Shown piece after piece: positions 1 to 12,099 of a stretch of 64,000 nt of DNA. The DNA comes from Squalus acanthias (taxonomy: Eukaryota): NCBI GenBank assembly GCA_030390025.1, contig CM059432.1, forward strand, positions 44,022,001 through 44,086,000. Reading direction: 5' to 3'. The notes below the pieces were generated by a model. The model saw only the letters and a program-made list of their open reading frames with translations, had not been told where the DNA came from and made no database searches. The translations under genes and the position numbers were made by a program. Within the stretch, counting starts at the first letter, position 1. The number at the start of each line of letters is the position of its first letter.

Positions 1-164
1 AGAAAATATGTCTTCCAAAAAATCCTCCCTTGAAGCAGCTAGATTCTAGTCAAGTGCATTCATAGCAATTGGAGGAGTTTCATTCAGTATGCTTTGTTTT
101 GAAACTATCATCTAACTTGTACTTGCTGCTGGGCCAATAAATTTCTCTTCCATAGGGACTGTGC

Positions 165-680
165 TCTGACATGATGGGGAGGCTTGCGTTTTCCTTTCAC
201 CCCAAGACTATGCTAGCTGGAGTATAACTCCTGGTAAGGCCGACAAACCAGACAGGTTAAAAGGTAGGAGCCAAACTAAAGACAGTCCACCAATCCTGCA
301 GGTAGAGGGTAGCAAGTCAGGCTAACAAATGTCCCCAGTTCTGACAAAGGGTCATCGACCTGAAACATTAACTCTGTTTCTCTCTCCACAGATGCTGCCT
401 GACCTGCTGAGTATTTCCAGCATTTTCTGTTTTTATTTCAGATTTCCAGCATCCGCAGTATTTTGCTTTTGTAACAAATGTCCATGTAAGAATGCCTTTT
501 GTTATAGAAAGCACCCAGAGATAAGACTTGCAAATATAAAAATCAAATTTGGAAATCCACAATCTGCTGGATGTAGGCAAGATGATACACCGATTGGAGT
601 GAAATATCTTGCTCTGGACAAACATCAGTGGAAGAAATGGTTTGCCTTCTGCGTCACTAGGCACACGAGACTCTAATTAC
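165..680 (+). mobile_element. Degenerate RTE-clade-like LINE remnant (5' UTR-like part and ORF C-terminus), interrupted by a Penelope-like fragment
   Basis: 165-300 resembles fish RTE/Expander 5' regions. The 3' part translates to LALDKHQWKKWFAFCVTRHTRL*, similar to RTE ORF ends. Recognition only. Confidence 0.4.
337..470 (+). mobile_element. Penelope-like short repeat with a decayed hammerhead motif
   Basis: Near-identical to 19563-19697. Contains CTGACAA-GGTCatcGACC-TGAAACATT, a hammerhead core with CpG-type mutations. Confidence 0.65.
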
Positions 681-1559
681 CTATGAATCTCCCTCTCCTG
701 TGCCCTGGTACAACTTAAATCAAGTATAAAAACACCTGAATAAGACAATTTTAAATATTTTAATATGTTCAATACTACCAGTACTGGAATGCAGTAAACA
801 GCATAACCAGGGCTACAATTTAACAATGACTTGATTGCAGGGATTTTCTGCCCTTTTTACATGTGTAAGTCAGGTGAACCCGAGTGGAAAAGTTCTCAGC
901 CCACTTGTGTACCGGATGCATTTCCAGCAGTGGGATAAAAGGGGATAGGAAGCACGTGCCTGAAACAGGCAGGAGCTTCATTAAAATATTTAAATGTTAG
1001 GCTGCGAACATCCAACATGCAATTGCCTGCCCACACATAATGGTAGCCTTGGGTTGCTCGTGACAGGGAAATACATGGAAATTCACTTAATGGTTTTGTT
1101 TTCTGTTGCCACTTATTTTGTGGAATCTGTGTGGCAATTGCTCTGCTTCTTTCCCCCCCGCCAATAGCTCCATTACTGTCACCAAATAGGTTTCCCAACA
1201 GAAATTCATCATCTCAGCTTTCTACAGGATGAAGTGGACGTCAAACCACTGGTACTGCCACATCTGCATTGACAAATACCTCACTTTTTAGAGGATGAAT
1301 GCATGCAGAAGCTCCAATTCCCAAGGTAGGCTGTGACAACAGACAGGTGAAACAAATACAATAGGTGAATGTCTGACTAGCTGTACACCTGGCTGGTCCT
1401 TTCCAATCATAGTGTGCCATACTTTCAGCAGCATTGCTTGAAAGTAGGCATGGCCTAATTGGATTCATCCACCAACACCCCAGCAACCATATCTGCAGGA
1501 TTTGGTGCATATACCTACTTTGCAATGCCCATTGGGAAATGTTTTCAGAGTCCCGGTCA

Positions 1560-1780
1560 GCAGGGAATCTCATACCGATCTGCAAGGACCCCGGAACTAA
1601 AATGCAACATGGCCAGTGACAGTAATGGTCAGCTGTGGCCTCAAACCTGCCTCCAGGTATACTGCAGTGCTTGCCCATCCAGATGCTGCCACGGAATGAC
1701 AAAAGGGCCAATCTCCGAGCAACAACCTCGCAAAGCACCATCGCCAATTCAGCAACCATTAAACATTTAAAATTAAGGCC
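1560..1780 (-). mobile_element. Possible highly decayed Myb/SANT-like remnant of a Harbinger-type element
   Basis: Minus strand reads ELAMVLCEVVARRLALL and, in another frame, TWRQV, similar to the Myb-like helices in the 41 kb and 55 kb elements. Confidence 0.3.
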
Positions 1781-2009
1781 ATTGGTTAATGAGGTCAAAT
1801 TTCAGTTTATTATGCAGGATTTTCATCAGTGTTGAAGACTGTAGTTCGCGATTATGGCCTTTTTCCCACAAAAACTGCAAATTACTGGCCTTGGCTATAA
1901 CTACTTCCTGTGGTAGGCCCTCTCGCGTGCCCACCTGAAAGGCTTGGAACATGATTACCACTAGAATACATGCCACCTGCTGGTCACATTTAGCCATTAA
2001 AGAAACAAC

Positions 2010-3790
2010 TTGCCTTTAACAAAGAAAAATGTCCCAAATCAATTGACAAAGGCATAATCAAAAATGTATGGCGAGCCAAGGATAGATATTTGGAGGAGTG
2101 ACCAAAAGCTTTGTCAAAGAAGTAGGATTTAAGGAGGGTCTTAAAGAGAGAGGTGAAAAGGTAAGAACATAAGAAATAGGAGCAGCAGTCGGCCATTCAG
2201 CCCCTCGAGCTTGCTCCAACATTCAATAAGATCATGGCTGATCTTCGACCTCAACTCCACTTTCCCACCCGATCCCCATATCCCTCGATTCCCCTAGAGT
2301 CCAAAAATCTATCTACCTCAGCTTTGAATATACTCAACTACTGAGCATCCACAGCTTATGGAGGGGTTTAGGGAGGGAATTGTAGAGCATGGAGCTCAGA
2401 CGGCTAAAGGTACAGCCAATGGTGGGGCAAAGGGAGGGGAAATGCACAAGAGATCAGAGTACGAGGAATGGAGAGATTATGGTGTGAGTTGCAAGGCTGG
2501 AGGAGGTTCTAGAGATAGAGAGAGGTGTGCCCATGAAGGGATTTAAACACGAGGATAAGAATTTTAAATTTGAGGCACAGGGGACCGAGAGCCAATGTAG
2601 GTCAGTGAGGACAAGGGTGATGGGTGAGCAGGAATTGGAGTGAAATAGGATACAAGCAGCAGTATTTTGGATGAGCTGACGTTTATGGAGTGTGGAGGAT
2701 GGGAAACTGGCCAGACCATTGGAATAGTTGGGTCTGGACTTGGAGGTGACAAGGAATGAATGAGGGTTTTGGGGGCAAAGCTGGGCAATATTAGAGGTGG
2801 AAGTAGGCAGTGTCTATGATGGAGGGGACAAGAGGTCAGAAAATTAGCTTTAGGTTGAATAGGATGCCAAGGTTGCAAACAATCTGGTTCAGCCTGAAAC
2901 TGTGGTCAGGGAGGGGGATTAATTGTTGGCTAGGGTACAAAGTTTGTGGTAGTGGTCAGAGATGATGGCTTCAGTCTTCCCAATGGTTAGCTTGAGGAAA
3001 AGACACCTCATGTCAGACATGCAGTCTGAAACAGAAAGATAGTGGAGGCATTGAGAGAGATGGAGGAGAGGTAGAGTTCGATGTCATCAATATACATGTG
3101 AAAACTGACCCCCATGTCTGCGGATGATATCGCTAAGCAGAAGCACATAGATGAGGAAGGAGAGGAGGCCAAGCAGAGATCCTTGGGAAACTTGAGGTAA
3201 TGGTGCTGGGGCAGGAACAGAAGCCATTGCTGGAGATGCTTTGGCTATGATTGGATAGGTAACAGTGGAACCAAGCGAGGGCAGTCCCACTGAGCTAAAC
3301 AATGGAGGAGAGGCTTTGAAGGAGGATAGTGTGGTCTATCATGTTAAAGACTGCAGAGAAGTCCAGAAAGATGAGAAGGTGCAATGCACCACGATCAGTC
3401 ACACAGAATATCATTCCTTACTTTGGTGAGGGACATTTCAATGCTATGGTTAGAAAGACTGAAAGAGGGAGTTGCAGGAGAGATGGGAACAGATTTGGGA
3501 GGCAATAATGCGTTCAGGGACATTGGAGGGGAAAGGGAGTTGGAAATAGGACAGCAGGTTGCAAGGACATTGGAGGGTGGATTTTTTTTTGAGGCAGGAA
3601 GTGATGACAGTGGTTTTAAAAGTATGGGGGGAAAGTACTTGAGAAGAAAGAACCATTTACAAGGTCAGCTAGCATTTGTGCCAGGAAGGTAAGTGGGGAT
3701 GGAGTCAAAGAACGAGATGGGTCTCATGGATGAGATGAGCTCAGAGAGGACACGGGGGAGATGGGAGAGAAGCTAGAAAGAGTTCATGGC
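2010..3790 (-). mobile_element. Degenerate L2-type LINE 3' portion with a nested CR1 3' fragment at ~2163-2357
   Basis: Typical L2 tail (gaccaaaagctttgtcaaagaagtaggatttaaggag) and RT-like peptides (LERIIASQICSHL, QGSLLGLLSFLIY). The nested piece starts with the CR1 tail taagaacataagaaataggagcag. Confidence 0.7.
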
Positions 3791-6037
3791 TAAGGCAGGG
3801 AGAAGAAAACCATACTGATAGATTCTACAGCATTGTTATATTAGAATTGCTGGTACTAAATTTATCCCTGTGTGTGGATCAATTCAACACAGTAGTCCTA
3901 ATAATAGAGCAGTTGGATTTGACTGCTCTACTTCCAACGAGAGCAAAACCACCAAGGTCTCATGGTAACTGATGGCAAAACAGCACTGGTTCCAATGCAA
4001 CAGTTGGATTTGACCCAGCAATCAATGCACATCATGATGTCACAATGTTATGATCATTGTGAAACCACCTTTCTAAATCCCTCTACATGTCTGCCCACAC
4101 CTTTCCCCAAATACACCTACATCAATAAGGAATTTTTAAAATGTGCCACCAGATAAAACGGGGTTCAAACTCCAAGCATACCTATTTATTTATTAATTCA
4201 GAGCACTACTGCACATTGCAAGTATCTACATGCAACGTCAATACGCATACACAATTTTAGAGTAAACTGGAGTACCTGCTGACTAGAGGAGGCATTACCT
4301 TGCAACCATAAGACAGATACTGATTAATGTGCCTCACTCACACTAAATAAGTAAGACAAATTCCAAATGTGAGTTACTGTATTAGAGTGCCCTCTAAAGG
4401 TTGAATTTGAAAGCTATTTTCCAGGCTCTAAAGATCAGCAAAAATGATTTGTAACATACTTACTCCACTTCTTTTCTGTTCACTCCATTTTATATTTTAG
4501 TTTCATTTTGATATGGAACGACTCAAACAAATTCCTCATGATATTATTCAGCAATGTTCTTTTAATCACAAGACCGCAAAGTTTGCTGTGTACTGGATCA
4601 ATGTTCGCCATATAAATGATATACAATGACTTTATAGTGGGTGGGGAGGGGGGGGGGGGGGGGGCTGGCACACGTGTAGGAGTACCAACACAATGTGCCA
4701 TGGAGTGGTGGGATTAACAGTTGATTCTGCTGTATAATGTCAGGTTTCTGATCTCATTTGTGCCACGTTGGACAGGTGCTGAGTAGATTCTATTCAAAAC
4801 CATCCACGCTGCTATCCACACCTACTGGCAGATTGTAGCCTATGCTACCAACCACTGCCTAGGCAACTAAGAAACTGAGGAGAAAACAGAGGCATTTTGT
4901 ACCTTCAAAGGAAATCATTATTAATATGTTTTTATCTCTTAGCAATGTGGAAAGGAAGTACAAGAGCACTCTGTATTTTTTGTGAAAATTATAGTTATGA
5001 ACTTTCCTTTAGGTCTAGTTTATTTTTCAAGCCGACTTTAATTTGTGGTCAGCACTGGATAGATGAGATTTATGTGAAGGTGTCCCTACCACCAAAGCAG
5101 CCCAATGGAACTTCTCCAGTTGATTGAAACATCTAACTTTGCTTCCTACAATCACAAACTAATCTTGGAACATCATGGAACACAATGTTCAGACTTGAGG
5201 GAAAAAATCTGGCACCAAATGCAACTAAAAACCAGGCAACAGTCATACCTAAATAATATTAAAATTCTTGCAGCTATGCACACTTCCTCTCTGCAAGACA
5301 TTATTTACTGATGCCATGTTTATGCCACACGTTTGTGTCAATTTTTTCCAGCAGGTCATTGACTATGCCAAGTATCATACAGTGTCCTCTGACTCACTAT
5401 TGACAACATCACAGAAGATCAACTAGTGATAATAGAACTATCCAACGAGCACTTGCTTCTCCTCCAAAGGTTTCGCTCAGAATTCTGTTACACTCATGAA
5501 GATCAGATAGATTATTCAAAGGATTTTTTTAAATGGGTATTAGAATCATCATAAACATATTGTATCGGAAGTCAAACATGCTAATTATAAAATTCTACAT
5601 TTACAACTTGGGTGAGGAACCAGAGGGCTTCCAGTGCCACTGAACTACACCAATACAAGTCTGTAACCTTGAGGAAAAGAATAGAGAAAACCAGGGGAAA
5701 AGGACCTTGGTTCTAGCCATTTGATTCTCTGTAATACATTTTGTTAATTTGTAGCTTATCTTACTGTAATGTGACAGGCAGACTGATCTGAATAGAGGTG
5801 GTGTAGCAAAGGTGAAAAGGTAACAAAACTGATAATAATGTTGGCTCTGAAGGTTGAAGGATTTATTTCAGCAGCACAGTTGCAAAACATAAACTAGATG
5901 ATAGTTATATTTTTAATATATAAATACCTTGTATATACAAATATTCATACATAATATACTTATTAGAACACAATGTTTAATATACATTTGTATGTTCAAT
6001 TTTAGTCTATTTGCCTACCTCTTCCCACATAACTAAT

Positions 6038-7635
6038 CATAGAAACTTAAGGTACAGAAAGAGTCCATTCAGCCCATCATGTCTGTGCCGGTCGAAAAAG
6101 AGTTAGCCAACTTAATCCTACTTTCTAGCTCTTGGTCCATAGTCTTGTAGGTTACGGCACTTCAAGTGCATATCCAAGTACTTTTTAAATGCAATGAGGG
6201 TCTCTGCCTCCACCACCCTTTCAGGCAGCGATTTCCAGACCCTCACCACCATCTACCAATTACTTTAAATCTATGCCCCCTGGTTATTGACCTTGCTGCT
6301 AAGGGAAATAGGTTCTTCCTATCCACTCTATCTAGGCCCCTCATAATTTTATACACCTCAATTAAGTCTCCCCTCAGCCTCCTCTGTTCTAAAGAAAACA
6401 ATCCTAGCCTATCCAATCTTTCCTCATAGCTAAAATTCTCCAGTCCTGGCAACATCCTCATAAATCTCCTCTGTACCCTCTCGAGTGCAATCAAATCTTT
6501 CCTGTAATGTGGTGACCAGAACCAGATATCTTCTGGCAGTCTACAGCTTTCTTCCTCAGTATCAACCTCATGGCTATTTTTTGTATCATCTGCAAACTTT
6601 TTAATCATGCCACCTTCATTGAAACCTAAATCATTGGTATATACCACAAAAAGCAAAGGACCCAGTACTGAGCCCTGTGGAACCCCACTGGAAACAACCT
6701 TCCAGTCACAAAAAACACCCGTCGACCATTACCCTTTGCTTCCTGCCTCTGAGCCAATTATGGATCCAACTTGCCACTTTCCCTTGGATCCCGTGGCCTT
6801 TTACTTTTCTGAACAGTCTGCCATGTGGGACCTTGTCAAAAGCCTTGCTAAAATCCATGTAGACTACAACAAATGCGCTACCCTCATCGACCCTCCTTGT
6901 TACCTCCTTAAAAAATTCAATCAAGTTAGTCAGACACGACCTTCCCTTGATAAATCAATGCTGACTGTCCTTGATTAATCAGTGCCTTTCTAAATGACGG
7001 TTAATACTGTCCCTCAGAATTTTTCCAATAATTCGTCCACCACCGAGGTTAGGCTGACTGGCCTGTAATTCTCGGTCTATCCCCTTCTCCTTTTTTAAAT
7101 AATGGTACAACATTAGCAGTCCTCCAGTGCAACACCTACATTTCATCCGGGCCTGGCAATTTATCTACTTTCAAAGATGCTAAACCCCTTAATATTTCCT
7201 CCCACTATGTTTATCTCATCTAATATTTCACACTCCTCCTCCTTAACTACAATGTCTGCATTGTCCCTCTCATTTGTGAAGACAGACGCAAAGTATTCAG
7301 TAAGGACCATACCCAAGTCTTCCGCTTCCTTACACAGGTTATCTTATTGGTCTCTAAAAGGCCCTACTATCTTCTTGCTCTTTATGTATTTATAAAACAT
7401 CTTTGGGTTTTCCTTGATTTTACTTGCCAATATTTTTTCCATGCCCTCTCTTTGCTTTCCTAATTTCCTTTTTAATTTCACCCCTGCACTTTCTACACTC
7501 ATTTCGGCTTTCTGCATTATTTAAGTCTCAGTATCTGATAAAAGCACCCTTTTTTGCCTTATCCTGCCCTGTCTGCCACTTGACATCCAGGGGGCTCTAG
7601 ATTTGGGAGTCCCACCTTTTATCTTTGTGGGAATC
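6038..7635 (-). mobile_element. CR1 LINE fragment (RT, internally deleted)
   Basis: ORFs with YMDFSKAFDKVPHGRL, KFADDTK and LERVQRRFMRMLPGL; frameshifted. Confidence 0.9.
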
Positions 7636-7740
7636 TATACAGAACAGCACAGAAATCTAAAATTAATGTAATAAATTAACTTTCATAATTCATTGATTTG
7701 AAAAATGCAAGCAAGAATTGAGAGCGTTAGTTATATTTAC

Positions 7741-7867
7741 CAAACACACTTGGAGACAACTTGTCCAGCTTGTTACCAAACAAGTGGAGCTTCCTTAATT
7801 GTCTTAGATGCTTCAGAACTTCTGGAAGCGATTCGAGGGAATTATTTCCCAAGTTGAGCTCTGTCAA
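7741..7867 (-). CDS. LRRC69: LRRC69 exon 2 (127 nt)
   Basis: ttttttag| LTELNLGNNSLESLPEVLKHLRQLRKLHLFGNKLDKLSPSVF(G) |gtaaat. LRR consensus, in phase with exon 1. Confidence 0.85.
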
Positions 7868-8009
7868 CTAAAAAATTGTTATAAAGGTTTCCCATATACT
7901 ATGAAACAGAAATAGTCAGCCAAGTTTATACAACAGTTATTGCCACTATATTAGGGATGTCCAAACTCTTCTGTATTCATGGGCTGCTTAGGTCCATACC
8001 ATGCAGCCT

Positions 8010-8692
8010 CAAGGGGGTCGGGGGGAGTGTGGGGGGGGGGGGGGGTCGGGGGGGGGATGTGGGGGGGGGGGGGTCGGGGGGAGTGTGGGGGGGGGTCGGG
8101 GGGAGTGTGGGGGGGTCCGGGGGAGTGGGGGTGGGGGGAGTGTGGGGGTCGGGGAGGGGGGAGTGTGGGGGGGTGGTGGGGGGGAGTGTGGGGGGTGGTC
8201 GGGGGGAGTGTGTGGGGGGGGGGGGTGGTCAGGGGGGTGTGGGGAGGGTGGTCAGGGGGGAGTGTGGGGGGTGGACGGGGGAGAGTGGGGGGTGGTGGTC
8301 AGGGGGAGTGTGGGGGGTGGTCAGGGAGAGTGTGGGGTGGGGGGGTGAGTGGTCAGGGGGAGTGTGGGGGGGTGGTAGGGGGGGGAGGGAAAGTGTGTTG
8401 GGGGGAGTGGTCGGGGGAGTGTGGGGGGGTCGGGGGGAGTGTGGGGGGGGGTCGGGGGAGTGTGGGGGGTCGGAGTGAGGGGGGTGGGAGGGGGGGGGTC
8501 AGGGGAGTGTGGGGGGGTCGGGGGGAGTGTGGGGGGGNNNNNNNNNNNNNNNNNNGGGTCGGGGGGAGTGTGGGGGGGTCAGGGGGAGTGTGGGGGGGGT
8601 CAGGGGGAGTGTGGGGGGGGTCGGGGGGAGTGTGGGGGGGGTCGGGGGGAGTGTGGGGGGGGTCGGGGGGAGTGTGGGGGTGGTCGGGGGCA
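8010..8692 (+). repeat. G-rich minisatellite (~GGGGGAGTGTGGGGGGGTC)n with an 18-N assembly gap at 8538-8555
   Basis: Directly visible tandem array in LRRC69 intron 1. Confidence 0.95.
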
Positions 8693-8739
8693 GTTTGTCA
8701 TGAGGAGTGGGGGCGGTCAGGGTCAGTGGGTGGCGGTGG

Positions 8740-9100
8740 GAGTTGCTGCTCCAGCGGCCTCCCCACCCGCCCCTTACGTTGTCGAGCGCCTGGAGCTCGG
8801 CGGGGAGCTCGGCGATCTGGTTGTTTCTCAGCTGTAGCCGCCTCAGTTCCCGCAGTCTCCCCACCGCCTTCGGAACCCGCCTCAGCTTCTTGCCGCTCAG
8901 ATCGAGGAGCCTCGCATTTCCCCGGAGCGCTCGCAGCACCAACGTGTCCCCCATCTCCAGCCACCGCGTCCCGTCTCCAGGGAGACGAACACGGCCCGGC
9001 AGGCAGCCGGAAGGGATTGTGCGCGGGCAAGAGGCACCGCTCAGCGGGGGAGAGGGGAGGCGCGCCCTCTACCGGCCGGGTGACTGACTCGCATCAACAG
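8740..9100. promoter_or_regulatory. CpG-rich promoter/first-exon region of LRRC69, with a palindromic X-box-like site at 8972-8987
   Basis: High CpG density relative to the CpG-depleted background; CGTCTCC-AG-GGAGACG palindrome. Confidence 0.6.
8778..8954 (-). CDS. LRRC69: LRRC69 exon 1 (177 nt, ATG at 8954)
   Basis: MGDTLVLRALRGNARLLDLSGKKLRRVPKAVGRLRELRRLQLRNNQIAELPAELQALDN|gtaagg. LRR motifs, CpG-rich, and downstream of OTUD6B on the same strand as in other vertebrates. Confidence 0.85.
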
Positions 9101-9499
9101 CAGAGCCACCCACTCTTGGCCAACCAGTCAGTCTGTCTCCCAGACTCCTCTGCCTGTTTCCCAATTTATCTCGCCGCTTCTTCACTCCAACCTTCCCCCA
9201 TTTGTTGACAGGTCTAATCCAAACAAGTGGGAGTTAACACAGTAAGTTTACTACCAAAAGAGCTGAGCACTTTGTTAACTCTCCCAATTGAAAAAATAAC
9301 CTAAGAAAAAAATACTAATCGTATAATGTGAAAACCGATCGACAGAAAGCTAGAAATAAACTGATCAGTGTTCAGACAAGCAGTGATGATGTGTGGGCAC
9401 TCTGAACCTCTGGTACGGTCCTCATCAACTCACACTTGAAGGTGATAACAGCAATTAATTGCCTGGAGTGTAAAGACTATCTCAAAATCGCAAAGCAAG

Positions 9500-10610
9500 A
9501 TTAGGGATCACAGGATTGGGGGTAATAGCATGGATTGAAAATTGGTCAATGAACAGAAAATAGTGAGTAGGAATAAACAGATCATCTTTGGGTTGGCAAA
9601 TTGTAACTAGTAGGGTGCCGCAAGGATCCGTACTTGGGCCTCAGCTACTTACAATCTATATCAATGATTTACGTGAGGGGACCGAGTGTAATGTATCCAA
9701 GTTTGCAGACGATACAAAGCTAGGTGGGAAAGTTGTGAGCATGCAAAGAGGCTGCAAAGGGATATAGACAGGTTGAGTGGGCAAGAAGATGGCAGATCGA
9801 GTATGACGTGGGGCAATGTGAAATTATCTACTTTGGTAGGAAGAATAGAAAAGCAGAACATTTTTGAAATGGTGAGACTAGTAAATGTCGGCATTCAGAG
9901 GGATTTGGGTGGCCTTGTACACAAATCACAGAAAGTTAACATGCAGGTACATCAAGCAATTAGGAAGGCAAATGGTATGTTAGCCTTTATTGCAAGAGGA
10001 TTGGAGTATAAGTGTAAGGAAGTCTTGCTGCAATTATATAGGGCTTTAGTGAGACCACACCAGAAGTACTGTATACAGTTTTGGACTCCTTACCCAAGGA
10101 AGGATATACTTGCCTCAGAGGGGGGTGCAACAAAGGTTCACTATATTGATTCCTGGGATGGGAGGGTTATCCTTTGAGTAGAGATTTTGTATAATGGGCT
10201 GATATTCTCTGGAGTTTAGAAGAATCAGGGGTGATCTCATTGAAATGTGTAACATTCTTCGAAGGCTTGACAAGGTCGATGCTGAGAGGCTGTTTCCTCC
10301 AGTAGGAGAGTCTAGAACTAGGGGTCATAGTCTCAGGATAAAAGGTCAGGCATTTAGGACTGAGTTGAGGAGAAATTTCTTCACTCGGGGGTTGTGAATC
10401 TTTGGAATACTCTACTCCAGTGGGCTGTGGATGCTTAGTCATTGAGTATATTCAAGACAAGAGATCGATAGATTTTTGGACACTAAAGGAATCAAAGGTA
10501 AAGGGGATAGGGTGGAAAAGTGGAATTGAGGTAAGTCAGCCATGATATTATTGAATGACAAAACAGGCTCAAGGGGCCACATGGCCTACTCCTGCTCCTA
10601 TTTCTTATGT
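9500..10610 (+). mobile_element. CR1 LINE, 5'-truncated and degenerate
   Basis: RT C-terminal peptides (QAIRKANGMLAFIARGLEYK, LYRALVRPH) and a 3' tail ending cctgctcctatttcttatgtt. Confidence 0.9.
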
Positions 10611-12099
10611 TAAAATTACCACGTAACTGCCTCCTGCTCCATCAACACCAACAACAAAGCGGAGGAACTCATGAATTTCTTTGTATCAGAAATCAAGGCT
10701 ATCCTTTGCTGCCTTCATCCCATCCTTCTCTGCAGAACCATAATGGTTTCTCAGAGGTGATAGGTCTGAAGGAGGCAGAGGCAGCTGAGCAGATAACAAC
10801 ACCATTCCCGTTACAATCTTTGTGCCCTCAAACCAGAGATGTTGTGCACAGCTGTCCTGGTTGTTCATCAACAGAGCTGGCATGACCACCTGAAACAGTA
10901 TTGTCTCTGTCTTTCTGTGACAAAATTATCTAATTACTAGAGAACCTAAATTCCCTATTCTCCAACACTGCCTGCCTCCTTCAGTTTCCCGCCATCTTCA
11001 TTTCTATGACAAAGTAGGAACTCATGGATTTCTTGGTGTACAAAACTGAGGTTACCTGCTTAGCTGCTTCTACCAGCTCCAGTACCACAGCCACCCCACA
11101 CCCTTGCAGCCCTTCCCATCCAGCAATGCACGTCAAGTCCTCCCATCACCCCAACCCTCCTCCGATCCATGCACTCTGCAACTTGTTACTGAAAATTCTT
11201 CACCTTGCCATTGCCACCTTTTTCCCAGTCTTCAAAAGCCTTTCAAAATCTACCTTTTAAACCACACCTTGTCACCTGCCCCAACCCTTCTCCCTCTTCA
11301 TGCCCACATCTCTTGACCTCCTGTGAAACACCCTGGAACATTGACACTATAAATGGCAACATTGTCGTTAGTCCCAGTAACATAACTGCCAAGTGTTGCT
11401 CACTGTAGAGCAACCATTACTCATGTTCTAAAAATGGGATTTGTTTTGTTGTATCTCTGTTAAACAAATACAGATACACAAGTTTAAAAGCATTAAAGTG
11501 TTTGCAGCCTGCTTCACTCCCATCAAAAACTCATTTGTTAACATTTCCTTACATGCCAGTGGTGCTTGCTCAACTGAAAACAGTTGATTTTCCTTTTCAT
11601 TTCCACTTTATCAGTTTTGTTGTGGGGTTATCTGAGACGGTCTGTGCTAAGTCCCTGGCAGGTGCAAATGGAGAACTCCAAACATATCTGACATATTGAG
11701 GTATCATGTTTTCAAGCTGCGTCAGGCATCTCTTACCCTTGACTCGAACACAGTATACAGAAGGGCTTTTAGTTTTACACTGGAATCTATTTTTTCCCTC
11801 AGAGATGCACAATCTTTTCCAATGTGCTACTAAAACATATGTTTTTTCAGTAAAATTCAACAGATTTGAAGCTTTTTTTAAAAAGTCTGCCAGAGGTCTT
11901 GCTCCTGATTTCTACCCACTGGCTCCTGCTGGAAAGAACACATGGATCCGGATGAGCAAAGGATAGGAACGGGCTTGACTATGCTGTCCTTGAACACGCA
12001 CGAAACTAGCGTTCAACAAATGTCCATTTGGTTGAGGCTGCAGAGGGAGGCCAGGTAGCTGCATTCCATCTATGTGTAAATAAGGGAGAAAACACCCTC

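Noticed and set aside
1..7700. Further LRRC69 exons (exon 3 onward)
   Set aside because: I found no convincing LRR-coding segment with splice sites. They probably lie beyond the window start, though a short exon could have been missed.
7957..9208. Long Gly-rich ORFs (409 aa and others)
   Set aside because: They are translations of the G-rich minisatellite, span an N gap and run antisense to LRRC69 exon 1.
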